Shown here piece after piece: positions 8,750-18,178 of a stretch of 64,000 nucleotides of DNA. The notes under the pieces were generated by a model. That model did not search any database. It was not told where the DNA came from and saw only the letters and a program-made list of their open reading frames with translations. Positions within the stretch are counted from its first letter, which is position 1. Every line of letters starts with the position of its first letter. This DNA comes from Eubacteriales bacterium (GTDB lineage Bacteria > Bacillota > Clostridia > Oscillospirales > CAG-272): positions 40,370 through 104,369 of the forward strand of contig JAZTXO010000152.1 in the NCBI GenBank assembly GCA_045636445.1, given 5' to 3'. The translations under genes were made by a program, and so were the position numbers.

Positions 8750-9016
8750 TTACTTATCGCTAAGTTCCTTTTCAACGAGATCTACAAGGCCGCCTATTGC
8801 ATCCGCTTCGTCAGCGCCATCGGCAATAAGGGTTATCTCCGATCCCTGAGCAATGCCGAGCGAAAGTACGCCAAGAAGGCTCTTCGCATTAACACGGCAA
8901 TCCTCTTTTTCTACCCAGATAGAGCTCTTAAAGCTATTAGCCTTCTGGACAAAAAATGTAGCAGGTCTTGCATGAAGACCGACGCTGTTGCGTATAGTTA
9001 CAGCACGGGAAATCAT
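8750..9016 (-). CDS. ptsH: Phosphocarrier protein HPr
   Basis: 88 aa. His15 site GLHARPA and Ser46 site NAKSLLGVLSLG. RBS AAGGAG. Confidence 0.85.
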   Translation of the reverse strand: MISRAVTIRNSVGLHARPATFFVQKANSFKSSIWVEKEDCRVNAKSLLGVLSLGIAQGSEITLIADGADEADAIGGLVDLVEKELSDK

Positions 9017-9050
9017 CAGATTTTCTCCTTAAGAGTTCATTAGTATTTAA

Positions 9051-9079
9051 AGTATAACAAATTGTAAAATAAAAATCAA
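9051..9079 (-). promoter_or_regulatory. Candidate promoter for ptsH (TTGATT-17-TATACT)
   Basis: Minus strand reads TTGATT (9079-9074), 17-nt spacer, TATACT (9056-9051). Confidence 0.4.
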
Positions 9080-9146
9080 TACTTTTTTCAAAAAATGGCG
9101 GAAAGTTTTAAAACTTTTCCCAAGGTTGCATCGGATTTAGGAAAAA

Positions 9147-10967
9147 TCAGTCATCTTCGAGGCCTACGTCGATAGCAGCAGACTCGTTGCTTCTGGCAAG
9201 AGCGTAATAAAGTATTCTTTCATCTCTGTCTCTTCGGGAAAGACGAAGCATCGCGCTCTCTATTCCGAAAACAACGAAGAACAAATAGAACATAGACGCA
9301 TCAATCCAGATATAACTGAAAAGACCGTACAACAAAAGAGAAAACAAAGCCATTGAAACCAGCGGCTGAGAAAGTCGCACCACGGAATCCTTCACGTAGA
9401 TACGGTATTTTGCCACGTGCCTTGTTCTGGTAATCACAAGGGAAAGGAAAATCAGAAGCGAAAGAACGCCCGCTTCAAGAGCAATCTCCAAGAACAGATT
9501 TCCCGAGTTGTTAAGAACAATCCCCGCCCCCTGCATCTCCTTGACAAAGCTTTCCGCGCCGATTCCTATTCCGAAGAGGAAATTAGAGCCGAATGCCGAA
9601 AGCGAAGCGAAAAGCGCAGATATGCTTTCCGTATATCCGGGAGAGGACGGAATGAAGTTAAAGAGTCTTTCCAGAAACTCGTTCGGAAGAAAATAAATTC
9701 CGAAAGGCAAAATAAACAGCAAGGGAAGCGCAAATGCAACCGCAGGGCCTTTAATCTTGAACAAGATAAATGAAATTCCGCCAAGCAAAAGAGCATACAC
9801 CGCAAAGGCTTCGCCACTCATAAACAAAGCGGACAGAATTACCAAAGCCGAAAGGTAATAGGAAATCTTCTTAATCGGCGCGTGAGTTTGAGTTGCATGA
9901 GCAACCGCAAAGCAAGCGGCAACTATGAGCAGCGTTGCAAAAATCGAACTTGAAGCGAAAACCGAGCTTTCCGCAGGTCTTACGAATTCACCCGCCTTTA
10001 CGGATTTTACAGCGTATGAAACAATAGCTATTATTGATGCGGGAACAGAGGAAACAACCACCGCATTCATCGCTCGGTCGGCAAGACGGCGGTTTGTTAT
10101 CACGTTTGAGGTTAAGAAATATCCCAAGGACATCACCATAAGCGTCGCCGATGCCGCAAAGGACTCAAATCCCTTGATGAAAACACCGCTTATAAGAATA
10201 AGAACTACAAGAGCTGTTATAAGCACGTCATACTGCTCGAAGTGAATAACTCTCTTGCCCTGGTAAACCTTTCTCAAAAAGGAAACAGCCGTAAGAAGTA
10301 TCACGAAACAGAACACGTATTTTGCCGCAAAAAACAGTCCGAGATAGGGCAGCATTATAAGAGATGCAACGTATGAAAACTCGGGAGAACCAAAAGCAAT
10401 CACAACGAAAAGAAGGCATCCGATTACGGCAGAAATCCACTCTGCCGGAACAAAGCAGGATATAATAGCTCCAAGGAGTCCCACAAAGACGGCAACGGCA
10501 GGATGAATGGAAGCCTCCCCTGTTTTTCTGTGAACTCTCTGAATACAGAAAAATTCAAAGAAAATGAAGTCAAAAAAGGGCGAATCCTGGAGCATTATAG
10601 GCAACGGCTTGTCAACAAAGAGAAGCGCCACGCCAAAAACGCACAACACAGTCCCCATAACAAGAGTTGCTGTGGATATGTCGCTGAATACTCCTAAGTA
10701 AAAGCAGAGGAACTGAGCCGCAAGTACCGCAAAGCCAAAGACCAAGGCGGCAAGACCGTAAACGCTAGCCTTAGTGTAGATAAAGAGCCTGGGCAAAAGC
10801 GAAATCAGGTCGTAAAGCCTGGATTTTGAGTGTTTTCTTGTGTTTCTGGTAGCCGATCCGCTTATTTCGCGAACGTAAAATCTTCTTCCGACGGGAAGCG
10901 GCTCACCATCATCGGAAAGCGGCTGCTCGTAGCCGTTAAGAAGATCCAAAAGCTTATTTTTAGCCAT
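9147..10967 (-). CDS. Polytopic membrane protein, O-antigen ligase/polymerase (Wzy_C)-like
   Basis: 606 aa with more than 10 predicted TM segments and a cytoplasmic N-terminal ~55 aa. The late loop ...FGSNFLFGIGIGAESF... resembles the O-antigen ligase family. Function assigned by resemblance only. Confidence 0.45.
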   Translation of the reverse strand: MAKNKLLDLLNGYEQPLSDDGEPLPVGRRFYVREISGSATRNTRKHSKSRLYDLISLLPRLFIYTKASVYGLAALVFGFAVLAAQFLCFYLGVFSDISTATLVMGTVLCVFGVALLFVDKPLPIMLQDSPFFDFIFFEFFCIQRVHRKTGEASIHPAVAVFVGLLGAIISCFVPAEWISAVIGCLLFVVIAFGSPEFSYVASLIMLPYLGLFFAAKYVFCFVILLTAVSFLRKVYQGKRVIHFEQYDVLITALVVLILISGVFIKGFESFAASATLMVMSLGYFLTSNVITNRRLADRAMNAVVVSSVPASIIAIVSYAVKSVKAGEFVRPAESSVFASSSIFATLLIVAACFAVAHATQTHAPIKKISYYLSALVILSALFMSGEAFAVYALLLGGISFILFKIKGPAVAFALPLLFILPFGIYFLPNEFLERLFNFIPSSPGYTESISALFASLSAFGSNFLFGIGIGAESFVKEMQGAGIVLNNSGNLFLEIALEAGVLSLLIFLSLVITRTRHVAKYRIYVKDSVVRLSQPLVSMALFSLLLYGLFSYIWIDASMFYLFFVVFGIESAMLRLSRRDRDERILYYALARSNESAAIDVGLEDD

Positions 10968-10982
10968 ATTTTTCTCCTAAAT

Positions 10983-11729
10983 CTATGTTTTAGAAGTTCT
11001 TTTTTTCTTTTTTTCTTTTGGGAGAAGCGAAAGCTCGATTTCAGGATGCTCTGCCAGCAGGTCGGGGCGTCTTTCTTTCGTTATCTTAACCGCTTCCTCA
11101 AGTCGCCATCTGTCAATTTTCTTATGGTCGCCAGACAAAAGAATCTCCGGCACTTCTCTGCCCCGCCACTCTCTGGGCTTTGTGTATTGGGGATATTCAA
11201 GTATTCCGGAAGCTACGCTCTCGCCCTCGTAGCATTCGCTTGACGCAAGAACTCCGTCAACAAGTCTTGAAACCGCATCAATTACTATACAAGCGGGAAT
11301 CTCGCCGCCGGTAACAACGTAATCACCGATAGAAATTTCCTCGTCAACTATCTCGTCAAGCACCCTTTGGTCAACTCCCTCGTAATGACCGCAAAGGAAT
11401 ATAAGATTATCGTACTCCGAAAGCTCCTTCGCTATGGAATGATTAAATATTCTGCCCTTTGGGGACATATAAATAACCCTGGTTTTGCCTTCGGGAAGCG
11501 TGTTTTTCACGCTTTCAAAGCAGTCGTATATAGGCTGGCAGGTCATAACCATTCCAACACCGCCGCCGTAAGGAGTATCGTCGGTTTTGCGGTGCTTATC
11601 CAAAGTAAAATCACGGATATTGTGGCATTTTACCTCAATGAGTCCGCCGCTTTGGGCTCTGCCTATAATGCTTTCGGAAAGAACACCCTTAACCATTTCG
11701 GGGAAAAGCGTTAAAACATCAAACCTCAT
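10983..11729 (-). CDS. trmD: tRNA (guanine37-N1)-methyltransferase
   Basis: MRFDVLTLFPEM... start is typical of TrmD, with a SPOUT knot region (GGEIPACIVIDAVSRL). I use the ATG at 11729, because the track's TTG at 11741 adds 4 aa. Lys-rich C-terminal tail. Overlaps the rimM stop. Confidence 0.92.
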   Translation of the reverse strand: MRFDVLTLFPEMVKGVLSESIIGRAQSGGLIEVKCHNIRDFTLDKHRKTDDTPYGGGVGMVMTCQPIYDCFESVKNTLPEGKTRVIYMSPKGRIFNHSIAKELSEYDNLIFLCGHYEGVDQRVLDEIVDEEISIGDYVVTGGEIPACIVIDAVSRLVDGVLASSECYEGESVASGILEYPQYTKPREWRGREVPEILLSGDHKKIDRWRLEEAVKITKERRPDLLAEHPEIELSLLPKEKKKKRTSKT

Positions 11730-12240
11730 CAGCCTTGTCAAAGAAGCCGGGAATCGGAAGCACCTTCATTCCCTCTTCGCTTATCTCCTTTATAAAATCG
11801 GGCACGTGAGGAATTAAAACCTCTTGCCCCTCATAGCTTACAGTATAAATTCTTCTGCCCGCAATCTCCGAAACGTCGGAAATCTCGCCTAAAGCTTCAC
11901 CGCTTTCAGCGTGGAAAACTGGCAGACCAACCATGTCCGCTATAAACATTTCCCCCTTTTTCAAGGGCAAATCGTTTCTGTGAAGATAGAAAACTCTGCC
12001 TCTTTGAGCTATGGCTTCCTCTCTTGAAGATATTCCCTCAAGAGTCAAAAGCAGAAACTGCCCGGAAACCGAAGCCGACTTTACCGCCATTTCGGTAAAC
12101 GAGCCGTCACGGTTTTTGAAAAACACACGCTTTTGCTTTGCAAGAACCTTTGCGTTGTCGCAAAAATGCTCGACCTTCAAACAGCCGGCAACGCCGTGAG
12201 CCGTACATATTCTTCCGCCCTCAAGATACTCCGCTTTCAT
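11719..12240 (-). CDS. rimM: 16S rRNA processing protein RimM
   Basis: About 173 aa with a PRC-barrel C-terminus. rimM-trmD adjacency. The ATG at 12240 is preceded by GGAG. Confidence 0.85.
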   Translation of the reverse strand: MKAEYLEGGRICTAHGVAGCLKVEHFCDNAKVLAKQKRVFFKNRDGSFTEMAVKSASVSGQFLLLTLEGISSREEAIAQRGRVFYLHRNDLPLKKGEMFIADMVGLPVFHAESGEALGEISDVSEIAGRRIYTVSYEGQEVLIPHVPDFIKEISEEGMKVLPIPGFFDKADEV

Positions 12241-12304
12241 TAAAAACTCCAAAAATTTGATTTTATATTATTTTAGCACATAAGTAAAAATAAATCAAGT
12301 ACCG

Positions 12305-12341
12305 ACAAAAGAAAAAGGGCTGCTCTAAAGAAAAGCAGCCC
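12305..12341 (-). terminator. Intrinsic terminator after the DegV gene
   Basis: GGGCTGC...GCAGCCC hairpin (12317-12341) followed on the minus strand by TTTTTCTTTT. Confidence 0.65.
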
Positions 12342-12347
12342 TAAAAT

Positions 12348-13181
12348 TTATATTTCAAATCCTACGAGAACTCCGCCCGCTTCCGCATAGAAGCTGCAAA
12401 GACCGCCCGCATTGTCTATAACTATCTCTGCAGAGGGGAATTCGGCAAGTATTGCCGCTTTTACGGCTTCTGCTGCCGCAGGGTTTTCGGCATGGTGGAT
12501 TCTTACCTTGCCGCCTATGTAACCGTCGCCCTTCATATTCGCAAAGATGTCACTTGTCGCATTCTTCGGGCCTCTTGATTTGCAAATCATCTCAAGAGTA
12601 CCGACAGTGCTTGCTCTTCCGATAGCTCGAATGCCAAGAAGTCCTGCCATTTTTGCGGTAAGATGACTTACTCTGCCGTTGTTTGCAAGGTTGTGCATAG
12701 ATTCAAGAGCAAAGAGAAGTCTTGTGTGATTAAGATTGTAGTCGGTTATCTGCTCTTTTATCTCGTTAAAATCAAGTCCTGCTTCAGCGAGAGCTGCGAT
12801 TTTTTCTATAACAAGAACCATCTCGGGGCCTGTGGAAAGGCTGTCTATTACGTGGATATTTACGTTGGGGTTCTTTTCAAGGAAGCCTGCCGCAGCGGTT
12901 TTTGCTGCATTGTAGCTGCCCGAAAGGTTGGAAGTAATTGTAATACAGAAAACGTTTTCGCTTCCTTCAAAGGCTTCCATATACTCGCCTATGCTTGGGC
13001 AGGATGTGTGGGAACGTCCCTTGTATGCTTTTAAGTCTGAAAGCATTTCAGAAACACAAAGCTCCGAATTGTCAACGTATTCCTTCTCATCGGTCATTAT
13101 TTTAAGGGGTACGCTTGCAAAATCAACACCGCAAAGCGCCTTGATGTCAGAGGAAGAATCCGAAACTATTTTAATATTCAT
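12348..13181 (-). CDS. DegV-family fatty-acid-binding protein
   Basis: MNIKIVSDSSSDI... start plus length and overall pattern typical of the DegV family. ATG at 13181 preferred over the upstream track start. Confidence 0.85.
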   Translation of the reverse strand: MNIKIVSDSSSDIKALCGVDFASVPLKIMTDEKEYVDNSELCVSEMLSDLKAYKGRSHTSCPSIGEYMEAFEGSENVFCITITSNLSGSYNAAKTAAAGFLEKNPNVNIHVIDSLSTGPEMVLVIEKIAALAEAGLDFNEIKEQITDYNLNHTRLLFALESMHNLANNGRVSHLTAKMAGLLGIRAIGRASTVGTLEMICKSRGPKNATSDIFANMKGDGYIGGKVRIHHAENPAAAEAVKAAILAEFPSAEIVIDNAGGLCSFYAEAGGVLVGFEI

Positions 13182-13406
13182 AAATCGCTCTCTTTCTTCA
13201 CCTTTTCGCATATGTTTTGCGAAAGATAATTTACAAATTCAATTTATTGTATCATTTTTTTACAGATTTGTCAATAGAAAGTCTTTTTTTGACTTTTTTG
13301 AATGAATTATTAAAACAATATATTATAATATTTCTAGAAAAATTCATATTTAAGATGTATAATAGAATCACATAAAATCCAAATTTTAACAAGGGAACAA
13401 AAATTA

Positions 13407-16400
13407 ATGCTTGAATTAAGGGAAATTAAAAAGGATTACGTCACCTCTTCCGAGGTCGTTTCGGCACTTAAAGGAATTGACATAACCTTCCGAGATAGAG
13501 AATTCGTCTCGGTGCTTGGTCCGTCCGGATGCGGAAAAACAACGCTGCTGAATATTATCGGAGGTCTTGACAAATACACCTCCGGAGACCTTATTATAAA
13601 CGGCAGAAGTACTAAATCGTATAAGGACAGAGACTGGGACGTTTACCGTAACCACAGAGTAGGCTTTATTTTCCAGAGCTATAACCTTATTCCTCACCAA
13701 TCCATACTCAGCAACGTGGAGCTGGCGCTCACTATCTCGGGAATCAGCAGAGAAGAGCGAGTTGCGCGAGCAAAGCAGGCTCTTGACAGAGTAGGTCTCA
13801 AGGGGCAGTATAACAAACGTCCCAATCAGCTTTCCGGTGGTCAGTGTCAGCGTGTAGCAATCGCCAGAGCGCTTGTTAACGACCCTGAAATTCTCCTTGC
13901 AGATGAACCTACCGGCGCTCTCGATACCGTAACGTCAGTTCAAATAATGGACCTTGTCCGTGAGATTGCAAACGAAAGGCTTGTTGTTATGGTTACTCAT
14001 AACCCCGAGCTTGCAGAAGAGTATTCCACGAGAATCGTTCGCCTTATTGACGGAAAGATTACCGAGGACACCAACCCCGTAACAGAAGAGGAACTTGCCG
14101 AGGCGGCAAGACTTGACGAAGAGAAGGCGAAAAAAGAAGCCGAAGAAGCTAAGGCTCTTTTATCTGCCGGTTTCAAGGAAAAAAGAGCAGCTAAAAAGAA
14201 GAAGGAAAAAGCGAAAATGTCCTTCCTTACCGCTGTTTCTCTCTCGCTTAACAACCTTGCTACCAAAAAAGGCCGTACAATTATGACCAGCTTTGCAGGA
14301 AGCATAGGTATTATCGGAATTGCCCTTATACTCGCCCTTTCCACAGGTATCAATGCCTTTATTGCCCAGGTGCAAGAGGACACTCTTTCAACCTATCCCC
14401 TGACTATTCAAAAGCACACCCAGGATATGTCGGCTATGCTTGCGGCTATGACCGACGTTTCAAACGAAGATAACTACCGTGATTCGGGAAAAATATACGT
14501 TGACGATTCTATGGGCACTATGATGGCGGCAATGACGTCAACGGTTGAAAACAACCTTGAAGCCTTCAAGGTGTACCTTGATGCAAACTATGATAAAATC
14601 AAGGATTACGTTTCGGACGTTCAGTACACATACGACTACGACCTGCAAGTATATACTGCCGACGGCAAAGTCAAGGTCGGTATGGAAACGGTATTTTCTC
14701 ACATGGGTGAAGCCTTCGCAGGTATGACCGAGCTTATGGAAATGAGCGGCAGTATGTCTATGGGAATGGGTGTATTCTCCGAAATGATAAACAACCAGTC
14801 CATCCTTGACCAGCAATACGAGGTTATCTCGGGCGATTGGCCGAAAGAATATAACGAGGTCGTGCTTGTGGTTAACTCCAACAACCAGATAAGCAAAATG
14901 ACTCTTTATATGCTCGGTATGCTCGACCCTAATAACATTGATGCCGAAATGAAGGATCTTATGGAAGGAAATTACGAGCCCGAAGATATTCCTCCCTTTA
15001 CCTATGAGGATATTCTCAATATGAGATTCAAGCTTCTTACCACCTCGGATTTCTTTGCCACAAACGGTACCAGCTACAAGATCGAGGGAAGCGACAAGGA
15101 ATATCCCGTATGGAATGACTTGAGAGAAGGCTTTAACTTCGATCAGGAAAACTTCGTTACCGAAAACGGCATCGAAATAAAGATTGCGGGTATCATCCGC
15201 CCCAAAGAAGGAGCTGCGGCTACAAGCATTTCCGGTGCTATTGGCTACACCAAGGCACTGACAGAGTATATTCTTGAACAGAACGCAAAGAGCGAGGTTA
15301 TAAATCAGCAAAAGGAAACACCTAACGTCAACGTGCTTACAGGTCTTGCCTTTGAAAGAACGAAATATACCCCCGAAACCATTCACGAGCTTGTTGACAA
15401 AATCGACGATGCAACGATGAAGATGTTCTATGCGTATATAACAGAGCAGATTCTTACCAACCCCGAATTCTCCGACAGAATCCAGGTTACCGATACAGAG
15501 TCCTTTATCGGTATGTTTATGCTCCTTCCCGAAGCGCAGCAAGAGGATATATTCAAAGCAGTATTCGCTGCGGCAAAGGCTAATCCTCTCAACGCTCAAA
15601 AGCTTACTAACCTCTGCGACGTGCTTTCCAAAATGCCGGGCGGCTTCCCCGTTGATTCCCAGCATCTTGACAGTTACTTCCGAAGCTTAAGTGTGGAAGC
15701 AAGACTTGTTGCTCTTATGGGTATTACCCCAAGTCCGCAGATGCCCTTTGCTATATCCGGTCTTGTTGAACTTGCAGGAAACGATACTATGCAGGTGATT
15801 TACAAGAATCTTACCGAAAGCATCAAAACTATGACGGTCAACGATGAAATCTTCATTGCTCTTCTTGCTACTCTTTCTGCCGATGACGAAGCTTTCATCC
15901 AGCTTGAAGAAGCCCTTTACAGTATGGCTCCCGGAATAGATGCAACCTACGAAAGCGTTCTTGAAACCCTTGACGATGCCGAAAAGGCGTCGCCCGCATC
16001 CATAAACTTCTACGCTAAGGATTTTGAATCCAAGGATGCGATTGAGCAGTTTATTGCAGATTACAATTCCGCAGCCGAAAAAGATGGCCGCAAAGAAGAC
16101 GTGCTTGAATACAGCGATATCGTAGGCGCAATGATGTCCTCTGTTACTATTATTATCAATGCTATCTCCTACGTGCTTATCGCCTTTGTTTCAATTTCTC
16201 TTGTTGTTTCCTCTATAATGATTGGAATTATCACCAATATCTCCGTACTTGAAAGAACAAAGGAAATAGGAGTTCTCAGAGCTATCGGCGCGTCGAAGAA
16301 GGACGTTTCCAGAGTGTTCAATGCGGAAACTCTGCTTATCGGTCTTGCATCAGGAGCTATCGGTATACTGTCAACGCTTATCCTATGCATACCTATTACG

Positions 16401-16568
16401 GCTATCGTGCAGGGACTCACGGGACTTGATAATATCAGAGCAATTCTTCCCTGGCAGGGAGCTGTCGCCCTTGTAATAATCAGTATGATTCTTACTCTTA
16501 TTGCGGGTATTATTCCCTCTCGCTCCGCAGCAAAGAAAGACCCCGTTGTAGCGCTTAGAACCGAATAA
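13407..16568 (+). CDS. Fused ABC transporter: MacB/LolD-type ATPase + FtsX-type permease with a very large extracytoplasmic domain
   Basis: 1053 aa. Walker A GPSGCGKTT, signature LSGGQCQRV, Walker B LLADEPTGALD. K/E-rich linker, TM1 near aa 290-312, about 600 aa of non-membrane sequence, then a C-terminal FtsX 3-TM bundle (...LERTKEIGVLRAIGASKKDV...). Confidence 0.85.
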   Translation: MLELREIKKDYVTSSEVVSALKGIDITFRDREFVSVLGPSGCGKTTLLNIIGGLDKYTSGDLIINGRSTKSYKDRDWDVYRNHRVGFIFQSYNLIPHQSILSNVELALTISGISREERVARAKQALDRVGLKGQYNKRPNQLSGGQCQRVAIARALVNDPEILLADEPTGALDTVTSVQIMDLVREIANERLVVMVTHNPELAEEYSTRIVRLIDGKITEDTNPVTEEELAEAARLDEEKAKKEAEEAKALLSAGFKEKRAAKKKKEKAKMSFLTAVSLSLNNLATKKGRTIMTSFAGSIGIIGIALILALSTGINAFIAQVQEDTLSTYPLTIQKHTQDMSAMLAAMTDVSNEDNYRDSGKIYVDDSMGTMMAAMTSTVENNLEAFKVYLDANYDKIKDYVSDVQYTYDYDLQVYTADGKVKVGMETVFSHMGEAFAGMTELMEMSGSMSMGMGVFSEMINNQSILDQQYEVISGDWPKEYNEVVLVVNSNNQISKMTLYMLGMLDPNNIDAEMKDLMEGNYEPEDIPPFTYEDILNMRFKLLTTSDFFATNGTSYKIEGSDKEYPVWNDLREGFNFDQENFVTENGIEIKIAGIIRPKEGAAATSISGAIGYTKALTEYILEQNAKSEVINQQKETPNVNVLTGLAFERTKYTPETIHELVDKIDDATMKMFYAYITEQILTNPEFSDRIQVTDTESFIGMFMLLPEAQQEDIFKAVFAAAKANPLNAQKLTNLCDVLSKMPGGFPVDSQHLDSYFRSLSVEARLVALMGITPSPQMPFAISGLVELAGNDTMQVIYKNLTESIKTMTVNDEIFIALLATLSADDEAFIQLEEALYSMAPGIDATYESVLETLDDAEKASPASINFYAKDFESKDAIEQFIADYNSAAEKDGRKEDVLEYSDIVGAMMSSVTIIINAISYVLIAFVSISLVVSSIMIGIITNISVLERTKEIGVLRAIGASKKDVSRVFNAETLLIGLASGAIGILSTLILCIPITAIVQGLTGLDNIRAILPWQGAVALVIISMILTLIAGIIPSRSAAKKDPVVALRTE

Positions 16569-16595
16569 TTCTAACAAAAGTTTACAAAAACAAGC

Positions 16596-16624
16596 CGACC
16601 GCCCATTTCGGGCGGTCGTTTTTC
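16596..16624 (+). terminator. Intrinsic terminator after the ABC gene
   Basis: 9-bp GC-rich stem CGACCGCCC/GGGCGGTCG with a 5-nt loop, followed by TTTTT. Confidence 0.85.
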
Positions 16625-16850
16625 GGTTAAGAACCACTGTAATTGTTTCTTATAGCGAAGAAGGGAGCGCGGAAGTTTCCAAAGTCTACTATAACGCAAG
16701 ATTTACCGACCTTTCTCCCTTGATTTCAAGCTTCAAGCAAAGATTCGGCACGGCTTCCGACAAATACAAGTCTTTTGTAAAAAGGGCAAAATGTTCAAAA
16801 AAATCCAAATTTTGATTTAAAAGTTATATATAAAATATCTTTTATATCTA

Positions 16851-16879
16851 TTGACTTTAATGTTATATTATGTTATAAT
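16851..16879 (+). promoter_or_regulatory. Promoter of the pyr operon (TTGACT-17-TATAAT)
   Basis: TTGACT at 16851-16856, 17-nt spacer, TATAAT at 16874-16879, about 35 nt before the pyrC start. Confidence 0.55.
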
Positions 16880-16912
16880 ATTACGAAATATAAAGATATA
16901 AGGAGATTGGAT

Positions 16913-18157
16913 ATGAAGGCTTTGTTCCGCGGCGCGCTTGTTTATGATAACGGCACAATGAAAAAGCTTGATATGTATTTTGACGGTAAGTCTCTTACCC
17001 CTTATATAGGTGACGTATTCTCTTTTGACGTTTCTTCCGTTTTTGATAATACCGTTATTTTTCCCGGTTTTTGTGATGTTCACGTACATCTCAGAGAGCC
17101 GGGTTTTTCTTATAAAGAGACCATAGAAACCGGCACAAAAGCATCGGCAAGAGGGGGTTATACCGCAGTTTGTTCAATGCCTAACCTCGACCCAACACCC
17201 GATTCAAGAGAAAATCTCGAAAAGCAGCTTGAAATAATCCGCAAGGATGCAAAAATTGCCGTTTTGCCCTACGCTACCATCACGAAAAAGCAGGTAGGAA
17301 AAGAGCTTTCGGATATGGAAGATTTGGCAGAGGATGCCGTAGCCTTCTCCGATGACGGCAAGGGCGTTCAGGATTCGGATATGATGCGAGAGGCTATGAT
17401 AAAGGCAAAGGCCCTCGGTAAAATGATAGTTGCTCACTGCGAGGACAATTCGCTTCTTCACGGCGGATATATCCACGATGGCGAGTATGCAAAAGCTCAC
17501 GGTCACAGAGGAATTTGCTCCGAAAGCGAGTGGGGGCCTATCGCAAGAGATATCCAACTTGCAAGAGAGACCGGTTGCGCCTACCACGTGTGCCACATTT
17601 CCACAAAGGAAAGCGTTGAAATAATCAGAAAAGCCAAGTCCGAAGGTGTAAACATCACCTGCGAGACCGGGCCGCATTACATTCTTCTTGACGATTCGCA
17701 CTTGCAAGAGGACGGAAGATTTAAGATGAATCCCCCGCTTCGTTCTCCCTCCGACAGAGAAGCAATTCTCGAAGGAATTCTTGACGGAACGATAGATATG
17801 GTGGCAACCGACCACGCTCCCCACTCGGCAGAGGAAAAGGGACGTGGACTTGAGAAGAGCGCTATGGGCGTTGTTGGAATAGAAACAGCCTTTGCAACTC
17901 TTTATACCGACCTTGTTAAAACAGGTCTGCTTCCTTTAGAGGAGCTTTGCAGACTTCTTTCGGAAAAACCGAGAAAGCGTTTTAATATAACTACCGACCC
18001 CGGCTTTACCGTCTTTGAGGTAGGGCATGAATACGAAATAAACCCCGACGACTTCTTAAGTATGGGAAAGGCTACTCCCTTTAAGGGAAAGAAAGTCTAC
18101 GGCAAATGTCTGCTTACCGTATATAACGGCGAAGCAGCATATTCAAATCTTGATTAA
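16913..18157 (+). CDS. pyrC: Dihydroorotase
   Basis: Metal-binding DVHVHLREPG motif, amidohydrolase fold pattern and pyr operon context. ATG at 16913 lies 7 nt after AGGAG; the track start at 16907 is a TTG. Confidence 0.9.
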   Translation: MKALFRGALVYDNGTMKKLDMYFDGKSLTPYIGDVFSFDVSSVFDNTVIFPGFCDVHVHLREPGFSYKETIETGTKASARGGYTAVCSMPNLDPTPDSRENLEKQLEIIRKDAKIAVLPYATITKKQVGKELSDMEDLAEDAVAFSDDGKGVQDSDMMREAMIKAKALGKMIVAHCEDNSLLHGGYIHDGEYAKAHGHRGICSESEWGPIARDIQLARETGCAYHVCHISTKESVEIIRKAKSEGVNITCETGPHYILLDDSHLQEDGRFKMNPPLRSPSDREAILEGILDGTIDMVATDHAPHSAEEKGRGLEKSAMGVVGIETAFATLYTDLVKTGLLPLEELCRLLSEKPRKRFNITTDPGFTVFEVGHEYEINPDDFLSMGKATPFKGKKVYGKCLLTVYNGEAAYSNLD

Positions 18158-18178
18158 AATTATTGGAGGATATAGAAA

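Noticed and set aside
14538-15665. 375-aa minus-strand ORF inside the fused ABC transporter gene. Similar cases are 51295-52299 in aconitase, 24798-25577 in pyrB, 57313-60564 fragments, 48620-49456 and 17204-17824.
   Set aside because: All are mirror-frame ORFs within genes whose sense-strand identity is secure.
16791-16820. 9-codon mini-ORF (MFKKIQILI*) upstream of the pyr operon as a possible leader peptide.
   Set aside because: It lies upstream of the predicted pyr promoter (-35 at 16851), so it would not be on the pyr transcript. There is no associated attenuator structure.
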